A stretch of 64,000 nucleotides of DNA from a virus (lineage: Duplodnaviria > Caudoviricetes): positions 3,492 to 67,491 of the IMG/VR virus record IMGVR_UViG_3300046779_001188. One strand, written 5' to 3'. Every line of letters begins with the position of its first letter. Within the stretch, counting starts at the first letter, position 1. A program made the position numbers and the translations under genes. The notes beneath the pieces were generated by a model that saw nothing but the letters and a program-made list of their open reading frames with translations, was not told the origin of the DNA and did no database searches. Shown piece after piece: positions 9,887 through 19,163 of this stretch.

Positions 9887-10437
9887 TAGAATACATTCCT
9901 AATTTCTACGGTGCTGAAAAACGCCCTACCATTTGCAAAGTTTTTACTGCAGAATCTGGCGAACAAGCTCATACAGCAATCAATGTTGGTAATGAAGCAG
10001 AACTAGAAAATCTAACGCCAGAAATTATTTATGCTCATATGAATAACTGTCTTCAATATGTTGAAGCAAAGATTGACACCATGAGCCTTATTCAACTTGA
10101 TGAGTCAGCAAATGGAGAGCCTTGGCCTGTCCGCGGTTGGGATGAAGCGGCTTGGGCTCAAAATGAGATAAGTCTGTGGTGGCAATATGTTTACTACAAA
10201 GACTACGATGAGCGCCTAACTGCCCAACTTCAAGCAGAAGATGAACTTTATGGAGCAATACACGAAGCAGAGCATGCTCAGATAGATTATCTAGCTGCTG
10301 GCGGTCTAAACACTGATGAAGTATTTCTAGCGGTGTCAACTGTTCTCGGGGCAGACCCTAGAGTCGCAGCTGATATGCTGGAGCCTACTCAAGCACTAGT
10401 TGCTGCCACAAGAGTTCTACTAAAGGGAGGGAACTAG
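9883..10437 (+). CDS. Hypothetical protein, possibly tail-associated (184 aa)
   Basis: ATGA-type overlap with the upstream fibre gene; no recognised motif. Confidence 0.7.
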   Translation: MIEYIPNFYGAEKRPTICKVFTAESGEQAHTAINVGNEAELENLTPEIIYAHMNNCLQYVEAKIDTMSLIQLDESANGEPWPVRGWDEAAWAQNEISLWWQYVYYKDYDERLTAQLQAEDELYGAIHEAEHAQIDYLAAGGLNTDEVFLAVSTVLGADPRVAADMLEPTQALVAATRVLLKGGN

Positions 10438-10441
10438 TCAC

Positions 10442-10912
10442 ATGTATGAAGTAAAGGACGGTTCTCGTACCCTCCAATTCAATGGCAAGCTTCTAGGAGA
10501 ATCTTCTTCTTGGCGTCGTGGATCCACACGCTGGATTGAGTTCAAGCTCTTCAAAACAGACAATGGTTCATATATTCTTTCTCGAGTTGGCGTGTCCGTA
10601 ACTTTCCACGGTGCTGCATGTCCACTAGTCAAGCGTTACGCGCTAACCGAGGCTGGACCAGAAGAACTAAAAGATGATGCAGTCCCTTGCGAAGAGTGCT
10701 ATCCATCGGCTAACCTTCCAATAGTGTTCCCTGAAAAGGACAGAACATGGGCTCAGGTTAGTGAAGACCCTGAACCAGTATTGGATGCGCTTTACAAGTA
10801 TGATTCTGGCGGTGCTAGATACCTAACCAATGTTGCACAGCGTTTGCTTGAGCAAGCAGCAAAGGTTGACGAAAAAATTGAATCTATCTATAGAATAGAG
10901 ATGATTCCTTAG
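10442..10912 (+). CDS. Hypothetical protein (156 aa)
   Basis: Upstream GGGAGG RBS-like sequence; tight packing; contains C...CEEC. Confidence 0.75.
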   Translation: MYEVKDGSRTLQFNGKLLGESSSWRRGSTRWIEFKLFKTDNGSYILSRVGVSVTFHGAACPLVKRYALTEAGPEELKDDAVPCEECYPSANLPIVFPEKDRTWAQVSEDPEPVLDALYKYDSGGARYLTNVAQRLLEQAAKVDEKIESIYRIEMIP

Positions 10913-10928
10913 AGACAGGCTTCAAAAA

Positions 10929-12752
10929 ATGACCGAGCGACGTAATTTGACAGGTGTACAGCTTGACCTTGTAGACAGTGTAGACAAGGCAGCTGATTTT
11001 TTGCGCTGGCTTGGCGAGCGCCGTCCACATAATGCAATTGCAATCGATACTGAAACTGGTGAAAAGCTGGGCGGTCCTCGCTCAGATGCGTTATCCCCTT
11101 GGCATGGTGACCTTCGTCTTGTGCAGGTTGGTGACGGTATGCACGGCTGGTCTATTCCTTGGGAGGAATGGAACGGTGTTTATTACGAAGCAATGAGAAA
11201 GTTTGACGGTCCTATTGTCTGTCACAACATTGCGTTCGAAGCTCGTTGGTTTGCTATCAAATCTAAATGGGAAATCCCTTGGGAGCGTGCCCACGACACA
11301 ATGATTATGGCGCACATCGTAGACCCTCTAGGCTCTGGCGCTCTAAAAACTTTAGCTTCTCAGCACATTGATCCAATGGCTGCCCACCTACAGAGCAAGC
11401 TAGATGAAACTCTAGTAACTAATGGATGGACTTGGGGAACAGTCCCTACTTCATTTGAACCTTACTGGTCTTATGGTGCTCTCGATACAGTTATCACGAT
11501 GCGTCTATGGGAGATGTATTGGGAGAAGTGTGGTCCTGAGGGCCCATATCACCGTGCGTATGAACTTGAGATGGGTGCACGCAAGATTGTTACTCGTATG
11601 GAAATCAACGGAGCTCGCGTTGATGTTGAGTATTCAAAGAAGAAATATGACGAACTTATTGACTACACCGAAAAGGTAAAGCTCTGGGCTTATAACCAGT
11701 ACGACACCTCAATTACAAGTAACGTGCAACTAGTTCGCCTCTTTGAGAACTTGGGTGCAGAGATTACCGAATTCACTCCATCAGGTCAGAAGTCTGCGAG
11801 CGCAGACCAGCTGAAGCGTCTTATCATTGATGGAAATGCTGAAGTAAAGAACTTGGCTGAGACTGTTCTACAGCAACGCAAGGCTGACAAACTTGCTAAC
11901 ACTTACTTCAAGAACTTTGTAGATAAGAATGTTGATGGCTTTGTTCACCCGTCTGTAAAAACCCTAGGTGCTCGCACATCTCGTATGTCTATCACTGACC
12001 CAGCGTTGCAGACTCTTCCAAAGGGAGATAACACTGTCCGTCGTGCGTTTATCCCTAAGGATAAAGACCATGTGATGATTACTTCCGACCTTGATCAGGT
12101 TGAGTTTCGTATGTTCGCATCTTTGTCTAAAGATGAGAACCTCATCAATCTATTCAACCGTGCAGATGCAACTGGCTCTGATCCCTTTACTGAGATTGGT
12201 CGTCAAGTTTACGAAGACCCAACAATGGAGAAGTCAGATAAGCGCCGTGGTCTTATCAAGGGCGTTGTCTATGGTCGTCTTTATGGTGCTGGTGTTGCTA
12301 AGCAAGCTTTGACTGCTGGCGTACCTGAGGCACAGATGAAGGCAGTATCTGATTCATTTGACGTGAACTATCCAGGAATGGCTCAATTTCAAAAGTACAT
12401 CGACAATATTGGTCAACAGCGCTTCCGTGAAGAAGGTCAAGGCTATGTACATACTTGGACTGGTCGTCGTATTCCATGTGACGATGACCGTACCTACACA
12501 CTTGTGAACTATTTGATTCAGGGTGGTGCAGCTGAGGTCTTCAAGAGCAACCTTCTCAAGTTGGATGCTGCAGATTTGACTGACTACCTAATCGTTCCAG
12601 TACACGACGAAATTGTTCTGCAAGCACCTCGTGGTGAAGCGGAAGAAATCAAAAAAATTGTCCGCGAGTGCATGACTACTCGTGAAGGCTGGGCTGTGCC
12701 TCTTACAGCTGATGTTGATGGACCTCTAGAGAACTGGGGAGCTAAGTACTAA
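10929..12752 (+). CDS. polA: DNA polymerase family A with 3'-5' exonuclease domain (607 aa)
   Basis: Exo motifs IDTETG, HNIAFE, HDTM, YGALD. Polymerase motifs A (SDLDQVEFR), B (R...KGVVYGRLYG) and C (VHDE). Confidence 0.96.
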   Translation: MTERRNLTGVQLDLVDSVDKAADFLRWLGERRPHNAIAIDTETGEKLGGPRSDALSPWHGDLRLVQVGDGMHGWSIPWEEWNGVYYEAMRKFDGPIVCHNIAFEARWFAIKSKWEIPWERAHDTMIMAHIVDPLGSGALKTLASQHIDPMAAHLQSKLDETLVTNGWTWGTVPTSFEPYWSYGALDTVITMRLWEMYWEKCGPEGPYHRAYELEMGARKIVTRMEINGARVDVEYSKKKYDELIDYTEKVKLWAYNQYDTSITSNVQLVRLFENLGAEITEFTPSGQKSASADQLKRLIIDGNAEVKNLAETVLQQRKADKLANTYFKNFVDKNVDGFVHPSVKTLGARTSRMSITDPALQTLPKGDNTVRRAFIPKDKDHVMITSDLDQVEFRMFASLSKDENLINLFNRADATGSDPFTEIGRQVYEDPTMEKSDKRRGLIKGVVYGRLYGAGVAKQALTAGVPEAQMKAVSDSFDVNYPGMAQFQKYIDNIGQQRFREEGQGYVHTWTGRRIPCDDDRTYTLVNYLIQGGAAEVFKSNLLKLDAADLTDYLIVPVHDEIVLQAPRGEAEEIKKIVRECMTTREGWAVPLTADVDGPLENWGAKY

Positions 12753-13228
12753 TGTTTAGCGTATTGGCAGTAGACCCTGGTAAAGCCAGTGGTATCGCAC
12801 TTGTGACATGGAGTGGTGGTAGTGAAGACCTACCAAAACTTGTCTATTCAATAGAAGCTCAGCCAGAGCACTATGCAACCAGCATCAGACCTCTTCTAGA
12901 GCAGGGGGCACTCTCCTCTAGCCTCAAGGTTGTCTGCGAACGATTTGTGATCAATGCTGCGACTGTCCGTAATTCCCAAGCCCCGTACTCCCTCGAGCAG
13001 ATTGGTGTCCTCAAGCACCTCTGCCGAGAGGCTAATTACCTAGAAAAGGACATCGCTTTCCAAGCCCCTGTAGATGCCAAGAACATGTTCCCAAACGACG
13101 CTCTGCGTAAGGTTGGGACTTGGCATGTCGGTGGTGAGGGGCATGCTAATGATGCAATCCGACACGCCCTACTTTCTCTAACTAGACAAGGCTGGGTTCC
13201 AAGAGTACTCTTAGACAAAGGAAAATAA
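12752..13228 (+). CDS. RuvC-like Holliday junction resolvase (158 aa)
   Basis: RNase H-fold acidic motifs VLAVDPG..SG, VCERF and NDAIRHA; TAATG overlap with polA. Confidence 0.75.
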   Translation: MFSVLAVDPGKASGIALVTWSGGSEDLPKLVYSIEAQPEHYATSIRPLLEQGALSSSLKVVCERFVINAATVRNSQAPYSLEQIGVLKHLCREANYLEKDIAFQAPVDAKNMFPNDALRKVGTWHVGGEGHANDAIRHALLSLTRQGWVPRVLLDKGK

Positions 13229-13270
13229 CTATCACGGATTTTTTAGTTTTTCTAAATTATGTGATAGTAT
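13228..13270 (+). promoter_or_regulatory. Inverted repeat plus extended -10 upstream of the helicase
   Basis: ACTATCAC (13228-35) / GTGATAGT (13261-68) with a 25-bp AT-rich spacer; TG-A-TAGTAT at 13262-70. Confidence 0.45.
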
Positions 13271-13297
13271 GTTTGACGTAGCGACGAAAGGTAGCAA

Positions 13298-15097
13298 ATG
13301 CCAGTAATAGTGGATCTCGATGCCGAGAAGAACCACATTGTGATAAACGCCGAGTGGCGTTATAAAGACCTGTGCAAGTCCATTCCAGGGGCTTCATGGT
13401 CTGCTAAAGACCAGATTTGGCACGTCCCATTGAGTTGGACCAGTTGCCTTGCTCTACGCTCTACATTCCTCACAGACCTGCAAATTGGCCCTGCCCTGAC
13501 CGATTGGGCCACCAATGAGCTAAACACCCGCATTAGCCCTGCTATGGCCCTTAGAGAGGTCGTAGAGGCCGAAGGGGATGAAGACCTATTCCCACACCAG
13601 CGAGCTGGCGTAGCCTTCCTCAGCACCGCAAAGAAGGCCCTTCTAGCTGACGAGCCAGGCCTTGGTAAGACCGCTCAGGCTATCCGTGGACTCAAGCGTA
13701 TTCAAGACAATGGCGAGGCTGTATTCCCTGCTCTAGTTGTCTGCCCAAACACCTTGAAGAAGAACTGGCAACGCGAGTTCGCTCAGTGGTGGCCAGGGGT
13801 AAAGGTTCAGGTAATCAAGGGAACTGCTGCACAGCGCAAAAAGCAATTCGAATCTGAGGCTGATGTTTTTGTTATCAACTGGGAGTCACTACGCTCTCAC
13901 TCTCGCCTAGCACCTTACGGCTCTGTAGCCCTGACCCGTTGTTCTGACTGCGGTGGTCACGATGAATCCACAAGCGAGAACCGCTGTGAGGTACACCAGC
14001 GTGAGCTCAACAAGATTGACTTCAAGGCTGTTATTGCCGATGAGATTCACCGTTCAAAGGAGCCAAAGTCAAAGCAGACTCGTGCTCTTTGGTCTGCTAG
14101 TGGCGATGCTCAGATCCGCTTTGCACTTACTGGTACTCCTATTGCAAAAGATGTAGTTGATCTTTGGGCAATTCTTCACTGGCTGTCTCCTAAAGACTGG
14201 CCTAGCAAGACTCGTTGGATTGAACGCATGGTTGACACAATGCTCAATGCTTTCGGTGGAATGCTGGTTATTGGAGTCAAGCCAGCAATGCAGGCAGAGT
14301 TTGATAAAACTATCCAACCAATCATGCGTCGAATGTTGAAGTCAATCGTGCTTCCTTGGCTACCAGAGGTAATCAATGAGCGTCGTGATGTTGAGATGTC
14401 AACAAAGCAGAAGAAAGCTTACGAGCAGATGCGTGACACGATGATTGCAGAGCTTGAGAACGGTGATGCAGTTACTGCACCATCTATCTTGACTCAGACA
14501 ACTCGTCTTGTTCAGTTTGCTAGTTCCTACGCAACTATGGAGACTTCAGAGACCACTGGAGAAATCAAAGTAACTTTGTCGGACCCCTCATGTAAAGTCG
14601 ATGCTCTGATGGACGATATCAATAGCGGTGACTTTGGTGATGACTCTGTAGCAGTATGCGCAGTTTCTCGCCAACTAATTGAACTTCTTAGTGCAGAAAT
14701 GACAAAGAAGAAAATCAATCATGGATTGATTACTGGTGCTCAATCGGAAGATGAGCGTCAGAAAGCTATTGATGATTTCCAGTCAGGAAAAATCAAGTGG
14801 ATTCTGTTTACTGCGCAAGCAGGTGGTGTAGGTGTAACTCTTACCGCTGCTCGTCGTCTAGTAATGCTTCAGCGTCCATGGTCACTTGTTGACCACAAAC
14901 AAGCACTAGACCGTGTTCACCGCATTGGTTCTGAAATTCATGATTCAGTAATCATTACTGATTATGTAACTGAAGGAACTATTGAAGAGCGCGTCATCGA
15001 TGTGCTACAAAAGAAAGCAGGGAACTTCGAGGACATCGTGCACGATCAAGCACAGTTGTTGAAGCTTCTAAAAGACGATAAGGCAGGAGCCCTATGA
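13298..15097 (+). CDS. SNF2-family (SF2) helicase (599 aa)
   Basis: LADEPGLGKT, DEIH, ALTGTP, AGGVGVTL, QALDRVHRIG. Confidence 0.93.
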   Translation: MPVIVDLDAEKNHIVINAEWRYKDLCKSIPGASWSAKDQIWHVPLSWTSCLALRSTFLTDLQIGPALTDWATNELNTRISPAMALREVVEAEGDEDLFPHQRAGVAFLSTAKKALLADEPGLGKTAQAIRGLKRIQDNGEAVFPALVVCPNTLKKNWQREFAQWWPGVKVQVIKGTAAQRKKQFESEADVFVINWESLRSHSRLAPYGSVALTRCSDCGGHDESTSENRCEVHQRELNKIDFKAVIADEIHRSKEPKSKQTRALWSASGDAQIRFALTGTPIAKDVVDLWAILHWLSPKDWPSKTRWIERMVDTMLNAFGGMLVIGVKPAMQAEFDKTIQPIMRRMLKSIVLPWLPEVINERRDVEMSTKQKKAYEQMRDTMIAELENGDAVTAPSILTQTTRLVQFASSYATMETSETTGEIKVTLSDPSCKVDALMDDINSGDFGDDSVAVCAVSRQLIELLSAEMTKKKINHGLITGAQSEDERQKAIDDFQSGKIKWILFTAQAGGVGVTLTAARRLVMLQRPWSLVDHKQALDRVHRIGSEIHDSVIITDYVTEGTIEERVIDVLQKKAGNFEDIVHDQAQLLKLLKDDKAGAL

Positions 15098-16020
15098 GTG
15101 ACGTAGTACGACTCTCCAACTCGGAGATTCAAACATTCAAAGACTGTCGTCGACGCTGGTGGCTAACCTACTATCGTCGCCTACAGCCAAAATACAAGGA
15201 CACCACTGGTGCTCTTGTTCTCGGTACAAGAATTCACGCTGCATTAGATGAGTACTACACAAATGGAACTCCTCTACTAGAAGCACACGCAAACCTACTC
15301 AATGCAGAGAAGGAACTCCTATTGCAGGATTTCCGCGATGTATCAGAGCTTGAGAAGGAAGGCGAACTTGGGCACATCATGCTCGAGGGTTATCTTCAGT
15401 GGAACGAAGAGGAAGGCATTGATGCTGACCTTGAGATGATTTCAACAGAAGAAACAATCGTTATGCCGATGTTCAATGGTGAAGTTGAGTTGCAAGGAAA
15501 GCTTGATATGCGTGTCCGTCGCAAGGCTGACGGAGTTCGTATGTTCCGTGACTTCAAGACTGTGGGTGGTTCACTCTCAGACTTTGCAAACCTTGCACCA
15601 ATGAACGAACAGATTCTTACCTACATGATTCTCGAGCAGAGTAAGGATAAAGACGGAGAACGCTCTGATGGCGGTATCTTCACAATGTTGAAGAAGGTAC
15701 GTCGCTCTGCAGCAGCACGTCCTCCGTTCTATGACCAAATCGAAGTTCGACACAACATCTTTACCCTACGTTCCTTCTGGGACCGTCTACACGGAACTGT
15801 TACTGACCTCATGCGAGTTCGTACAGCTCTTGACAAGGGTGAACAGCCAAGCTTCCACGCGTATCCGAGTCCATCTCGTGACTGCAAGTGGAAGTGCAAG
15901 TTCTACTCAATCTGTACTCTCGTCGATGATGGAAGTGCAGCTGAGCAGGCAATCACAGAGATGTTCGTAGAAGCGGATCCATATGCTTACTACGGCGAAG
16001 AGAAGAAAGGAAACGAGTGA
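15094..16020 (+). CDS. Cas4/RecB-like PD-(D/E)XK exonuclease (308 aa)
   Basis: LSNSEIQTFKDCRRRW, GTRIH, GKLD, RDFKT and C-terminal CKWKCKFYSIC; four Cys typical of an Fe-S staple. Confidence 0.85.
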   Translation: MSDVVRLSNSEIQTFKDCRRRWWLTYYRRLQPKYKDTTGALVLGTRIHAALDEYYTNGTPLLEAHANLLNAEKELLLQDFRDVSELEKEGELGHIMLEGYLQWNEEEGIDADLEMISTEETIVMPMFNGEVELQGKLDMRVRRKADGVRMFRDFKTVGGSLSDFANLAPMNEQILTYMILEQSKDKDGERSDGGIFTMLKKVRRSAAARPPFYDQIEVRHNIFTLRSFWDRLHGTVTDLMRVRTALDKGEQPSFHAYPSPSRDCKWKCKFYSICTLVDDGSAAEQAITEMFVEADPYAYYGEEKKGNE

Positions 16021-16023
16021 CGC

Positions 16024-16812
16024 ATGAGTGAAATCCAACGGTCATTGACCGCAATGGTTTACGGTGAGTCCAAGGTTGGTAAATCAACCTTTGCAGTAAC
16101 CGCTCCATACCCACGCTTGATGCTCGATGTTGAGGGTGGACACCGATTCCTCCCTATCGTCGTGAAGTACTGGGACCCACTGCGCGAGGAACCACCTCTA
16201 GCAGATGGAACTTGGGACACTGTTGTCGTACAAGTACGCGACTACGACACAGTTATCAAGGCTTACCAATGGCTACAGCTAGGTAAGCACCACTTCAAGA
16301 GCTTGATTATCGACTCCATCTCGGAGTTGCAGGTCAAGTGTATGGACAGCATCGCAGGTAGCGAGCAGATGAAGATGCAACAGTGGGGCGAATTGCTTCG
16401 CCACATGGGTGGTCTTCTACGCGATCTACGCGACCTAACAATGCACCCAACTAACCCACTCGAGGCTGTTGTACTAACAGCGATGTCTCGTGTGACTCAG
16501 GATGGTAAGCACCGTCCGTATCTACAGGGTCAGCTAGCTATTCAAGCACCATATTTCTACGACATTCTTGGTGCATTGACTATCGAGCAGTTCCCAAATC
16601 CAGACCCACTTCAACCTCCTTACAAGGTTCGTCGTATGTACGTCGAGCGCACAAATGAGTATGAAGCTGGTGAGCGAGTACAAGGACGTCTTGGTTCCAT
16701 CGTTGAGCAGGACAAGCTGTCTATCGAAGTAATGCTTGACACAATCTTCGGACCAAAGCAACCACCGCAGGCCGAAAAAACCACCACTAGTAAGAAGGAA
16801 GCAACCGCATGA
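16024..16812 (+). CDS. AAA ATPase, Sak4-like recombinase (262 aa)
   Basis: Walker A YGESKVGKST and Walker B IIDS; lies between the exonuclease and the SSB. Confidence 0.8.
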   Translation: MSEIQRSLTAMVYGESKVGKSTFAVTAPYPRLMLDVEGGHRFLPIVVKYWDPLREEPPLADGTWDTVVVQVRDYDTVIKAYQWLQLGKHHFKSLIIDSISELQVKCMDSIAGSEQMKMQQWGELLRHMGGLLRDLRDLTMHPTNPLEAVVLTAMSRVTQDGKHRPYLQGQLAIQAPYFYDILGALTIEQFPNPDPLQPPYKVRRMYVERTNEYEAGERVQGRLGSIVEQDKLSIEVMLDTIFGPKQPPQAEKTTTSKKEATA

Positions 16813-17345
16813 GCACTCTAAATTGGTCAGACCTTATCAAGGACGCTGGCGAAGCATCATCATATGAGCCACTACCAGATGGCGATTATGACCTTTCAGT
16901 TGTAGAAGCAACTGCAAAGGTAACTCAGTCTGGAAAGACTATGTTCTCTATCAAGGCACAGGTTGAATCAGGCGCATTCGCAAAGCGTCTTGTCTGGGAC
17001 AACCTAACCATCTCACCTGAGAACTCAACTGCGTTGGGTATCTTCTTCCGTAAGATGTCATCACTTGGTCTTGGTCGTGAGTACTTCGACACCAACCCAA
17101 CTAATGCTCAGATTGAATCTGCAATGGTTGGACGCCGTTTCCGTGCACAGATCGGTACAAAGATCTACCAGGGCAACAAGCGTAACGAGTTGAAGAACTA
17201 CTACCCAGCGACTGCAACTGCAGGTGCTGTACCTCCAGCTCCAGCACCAGCCCCTGCTGCAGCTCCAGCTCCAGCACCAGCCCCTGCTCCAGCTCCTGCT
17301 CCAGTAGCCGAGGCCCCAGCAGCAGCACCAGCTGCTCCGTTCTAA
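16809..17345 (+). CDS. DUF669-like single-stranded DNA-binding protein with Pro/Ala-rich tail (178 aa)
   Basis: YEPLPDGDY...GKTM...LVWDNL...N.+KNY pattern; (PA)n linker ending in PF. Confidence 0.75.
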   Translation: MSTLNWSDLIKDAGEASSYEPLPDGDYDLSVVEATAKVTQSGKTMFSIKAQVESGAFAKRLVWDNLTISPENSTALGIFFRKMSSLGLGREYFDTNPTNAQIESAMVGRRFRAQIGTKIYQGNKRNELKNYYPATATAGAVPPAPAPAPAAAPAPAPAPAPAPAPVAEAPAAAPAAPF

Positions 17346-17356
17346 ACAAACAATCA

Positions 17357-17397
17357 ATAGGGAGCCACCCAACAAAAATCGTTGGGTGGCTTTCTAT
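17357..17397 (+). terminator. Rho-independent terminator hairpin
   Basis: Perfect 11-bp stem AGCCACCCAAC / GTTGGGTGGCT (17363-73 / 17381-91), extendable by G-U pairs, followed by TTTCTATT, directly after the SSB stop. Confidence 0.8.
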
Positions 17398-17415
17398 TAG
17401 TTCTAAGGACAACAG

Positions 17416-18432
17416 ATGAAAGTTTTGATTACAGGATGTAGCGCACAACAAGCATCCAAGAAGCATGCGCAAAGAACTCCTACATTTGCTTCGCTACTTG
17501 CTAGGTCTTTTAGAGATGCAGGAGTCGAAGCTGACCACGTTGAGCCATCTTTGACCTATACCGAAGACGAACTGTCTCAATATGACTTGGTGGTTGTAGG
17601 TATCACACCTCCCACAAGTATTACTGCTAATAAAATCTATCCTGCATTTTCTATGGCAGCTAAAGCCCAAAAAATTGGAAACTTAGCTCTTATGATTGAT
17701 GCTCCAGATTCGATGAAAATTCAGCCATCGCTCAAGTCTTGCTACTCTGACCCAAGTAGTTTTTTCAAAGAGTTCTACAACAGAAGAAAAAGTTATTCCG
17801 AAGTTGTATCCAATAATAAGATTCAAGAAGAGATTCAAGGTTTTATAAAATTTCTGATTGAAGAGAAGTGGCCTACAACTTTCTACCCAGTATTCCCTTG
17901 GTCTACAAAGAAGTTTGCTGAGTATCTACCAAACTTAGATGATGAACATTTGATGCCAATCAATGTTGATTCATATCTAATTTTCCAAGCACCAATTGTT
18001 CAAAATTATTATGAGACGAAGCAGTACTGGACTTGTGATACTCCGAAGAGCCCGTATGGGGTTTCCCACTCTATGATGGTTCGTAATACTGTAGTTGCCA
18101 CAAGAGAGACCCGCTGGGAACCACAGATTGACACGCTAGAGCGCATTAGAAGCTCCATTGGAACGCTGGTAGCCACTTATCGCAATGACGAGTCTTGGTG
18201 GTCTCCAGCTCTTGCACAGTCGCTCTCTCAGAACGTCCCTGTGGTTCATGACTGGAAACTGACTCACTACCTAGGTCCAGAGTGGAGCCACTTAGCGCCT
18301 AACATCGAGGATATGGGATCAGCCGAAAGACTTGATGTTGCTTATCACCAAAAACAATCATACCTAAAACAACTACCGACCCACGAAGAGACTTCTCACA
18401 AGTTGCTGGCAACACTACGACAACTAGTTTGA
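17416..18432 (+). CDS. Hypothetical protein, possible GT-B-fold glycosyltransferase (338 aa)
   Basis: The CDS is clear (AAGGA RBS). Rossmann-like start MKVLITG and a C-terminal ALAQSLSQNVPVV resembling the GT-B E.+A.G.PV+ segment. The function call is weak. Confidence 0.4.
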   Translation: MKVLITGCSAQQASKKHAQRTPTFASLLARSFRDAGVEADHVEPSLTYTEDELSQYDLVVVGITPPTSITANKIYPAFSMAAKAQKIGNLALMIDAPDSMKIQPSLKSCYSDPSSFFKEFYNRRKSYSEVVSNNKIQEEIQGFIKFLIEEKWPTTFYPVFPWSTKKFAEYLPNLDDEHLMPINVDSYLIFQAPIVQNYYETKQYWTCDTPKSPYGVSHSMMVRNTVVATRETRWEPQIDTLERIRSSIGTLVATYRNDESWWSPALAQSLSQNVPVVHDWKLTHYLGPEWSHLAPNIEDMGSAERLDVAYHQKQSYLKQLPTHEETSHKLLATLRQLV

Positions 18433-18436
18433 ATCC

Positions 18437-18465
18437 TTTACTAAATAACTAAAAACCATTAGAAT
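18437..18465 (+). promoter_or_regulatory. Putative sigmaA-type promoter
   Basis: TTTACT-N17-TAGAAT, followed by a GAGGAGG RBS and ATG 18490. Confidence 0.55.
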
Positions 18466-18489
18466 CTAAATGTCGAGAGGAGGTTTCCT

Positions 18490-18915
18490 ATGGGAGACCT
18501 TGATATGAGCTGGGTAAAGTCCCAGCTGCAAGCAGCTAAAGTACGCAAGCCAGTAGGCGATGCAACAATGCAACTAGTTGAGCTATTTGACTCAATTGAA
18601 AACCTAACTCCAGATTTTCGCAAGCAGACAGTAGACCTATTCTCAAAGCTTGCTCTAGGACACATTGTTATCAAAGAAAAGAAAAATGAGTCGTGGATAC
18701 CTGTACAACCAGGATTTATCAAAGTGACAGATATAGTTCGAGTCAAAGCAGATGCTTTTGATGGAGAACTTGGTATGTTGCACAATGGTCGTCGTGGTGT
18801 AGTTGTCGGTGTGCGCTATGGTGATGTCATCATCAAGAGCAACGACGATAAGGTTCCAGTGCTAGATGGTGCCCACTACCCACCTCAGAAGCTGGAGAAG
18901 TTGGTTCTGTCATGA
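18490..18915 (+). CDS. Hypothetical protein with SH3-like C-terminal half (141 aa)
   Basis: Strong RBS; beta-rich VRVK...NGRRGVVVGVRYGDVII segment. Confidence 0.75.
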   Translation: MGDLDMSWVKSQLQAAKVRKPVGDATMQLVELFDSIENLTPDFRKQTVDLFSKLALGHIVIKEKKNESWIPVQPGFIKVTDIVRVKADAFDGELGMLHNGRRGVVVGVRYGDVIIKSNDDKVPVLDGAHYPPQKLEKLVLS

Positions 18916-19163
18916 GAGCACTAACTCTGAACTTTACTGTTCAGGGGGATAACTACGAAGATCTTCAAGAAAGAGCAGATGCTGTTATTGCAAAATTTCT
19001 TGGATTAGAGGATGATGAAGACGATTTCTTCCCAGATGAAACTTCAAGTAGGCTTCAACAAGTCAACTATGAATTAGTTGTAACGCAAACTCAAGAACTC
19101 ACTAGTGAATTCGAATACACAGCCCAAGTTATAGCAAAGGTGAAAAATGTCAGAGCAGACTAA
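18912..19163 (+). CDS. Hypothetical protein (83 aa)
   Basis: ATGA overlap; acidic central tract. Confidence 0.7.
   Translation: MRALTLNFTVQGDNYEDLQERADAVIAKFLGLEDDEDDFFPDETSSRLQQVNYELVVTQTQELTSEFEYTAQVIAKVKNVRAD

Noticed and set aside
15094-16020. Cas4-like gene as a sign of a CRISPR-Cas system
   Set aside because: No cas1/cas2 or array; the context (Sak4, SSB, helicase) is the usual phage recombination module.
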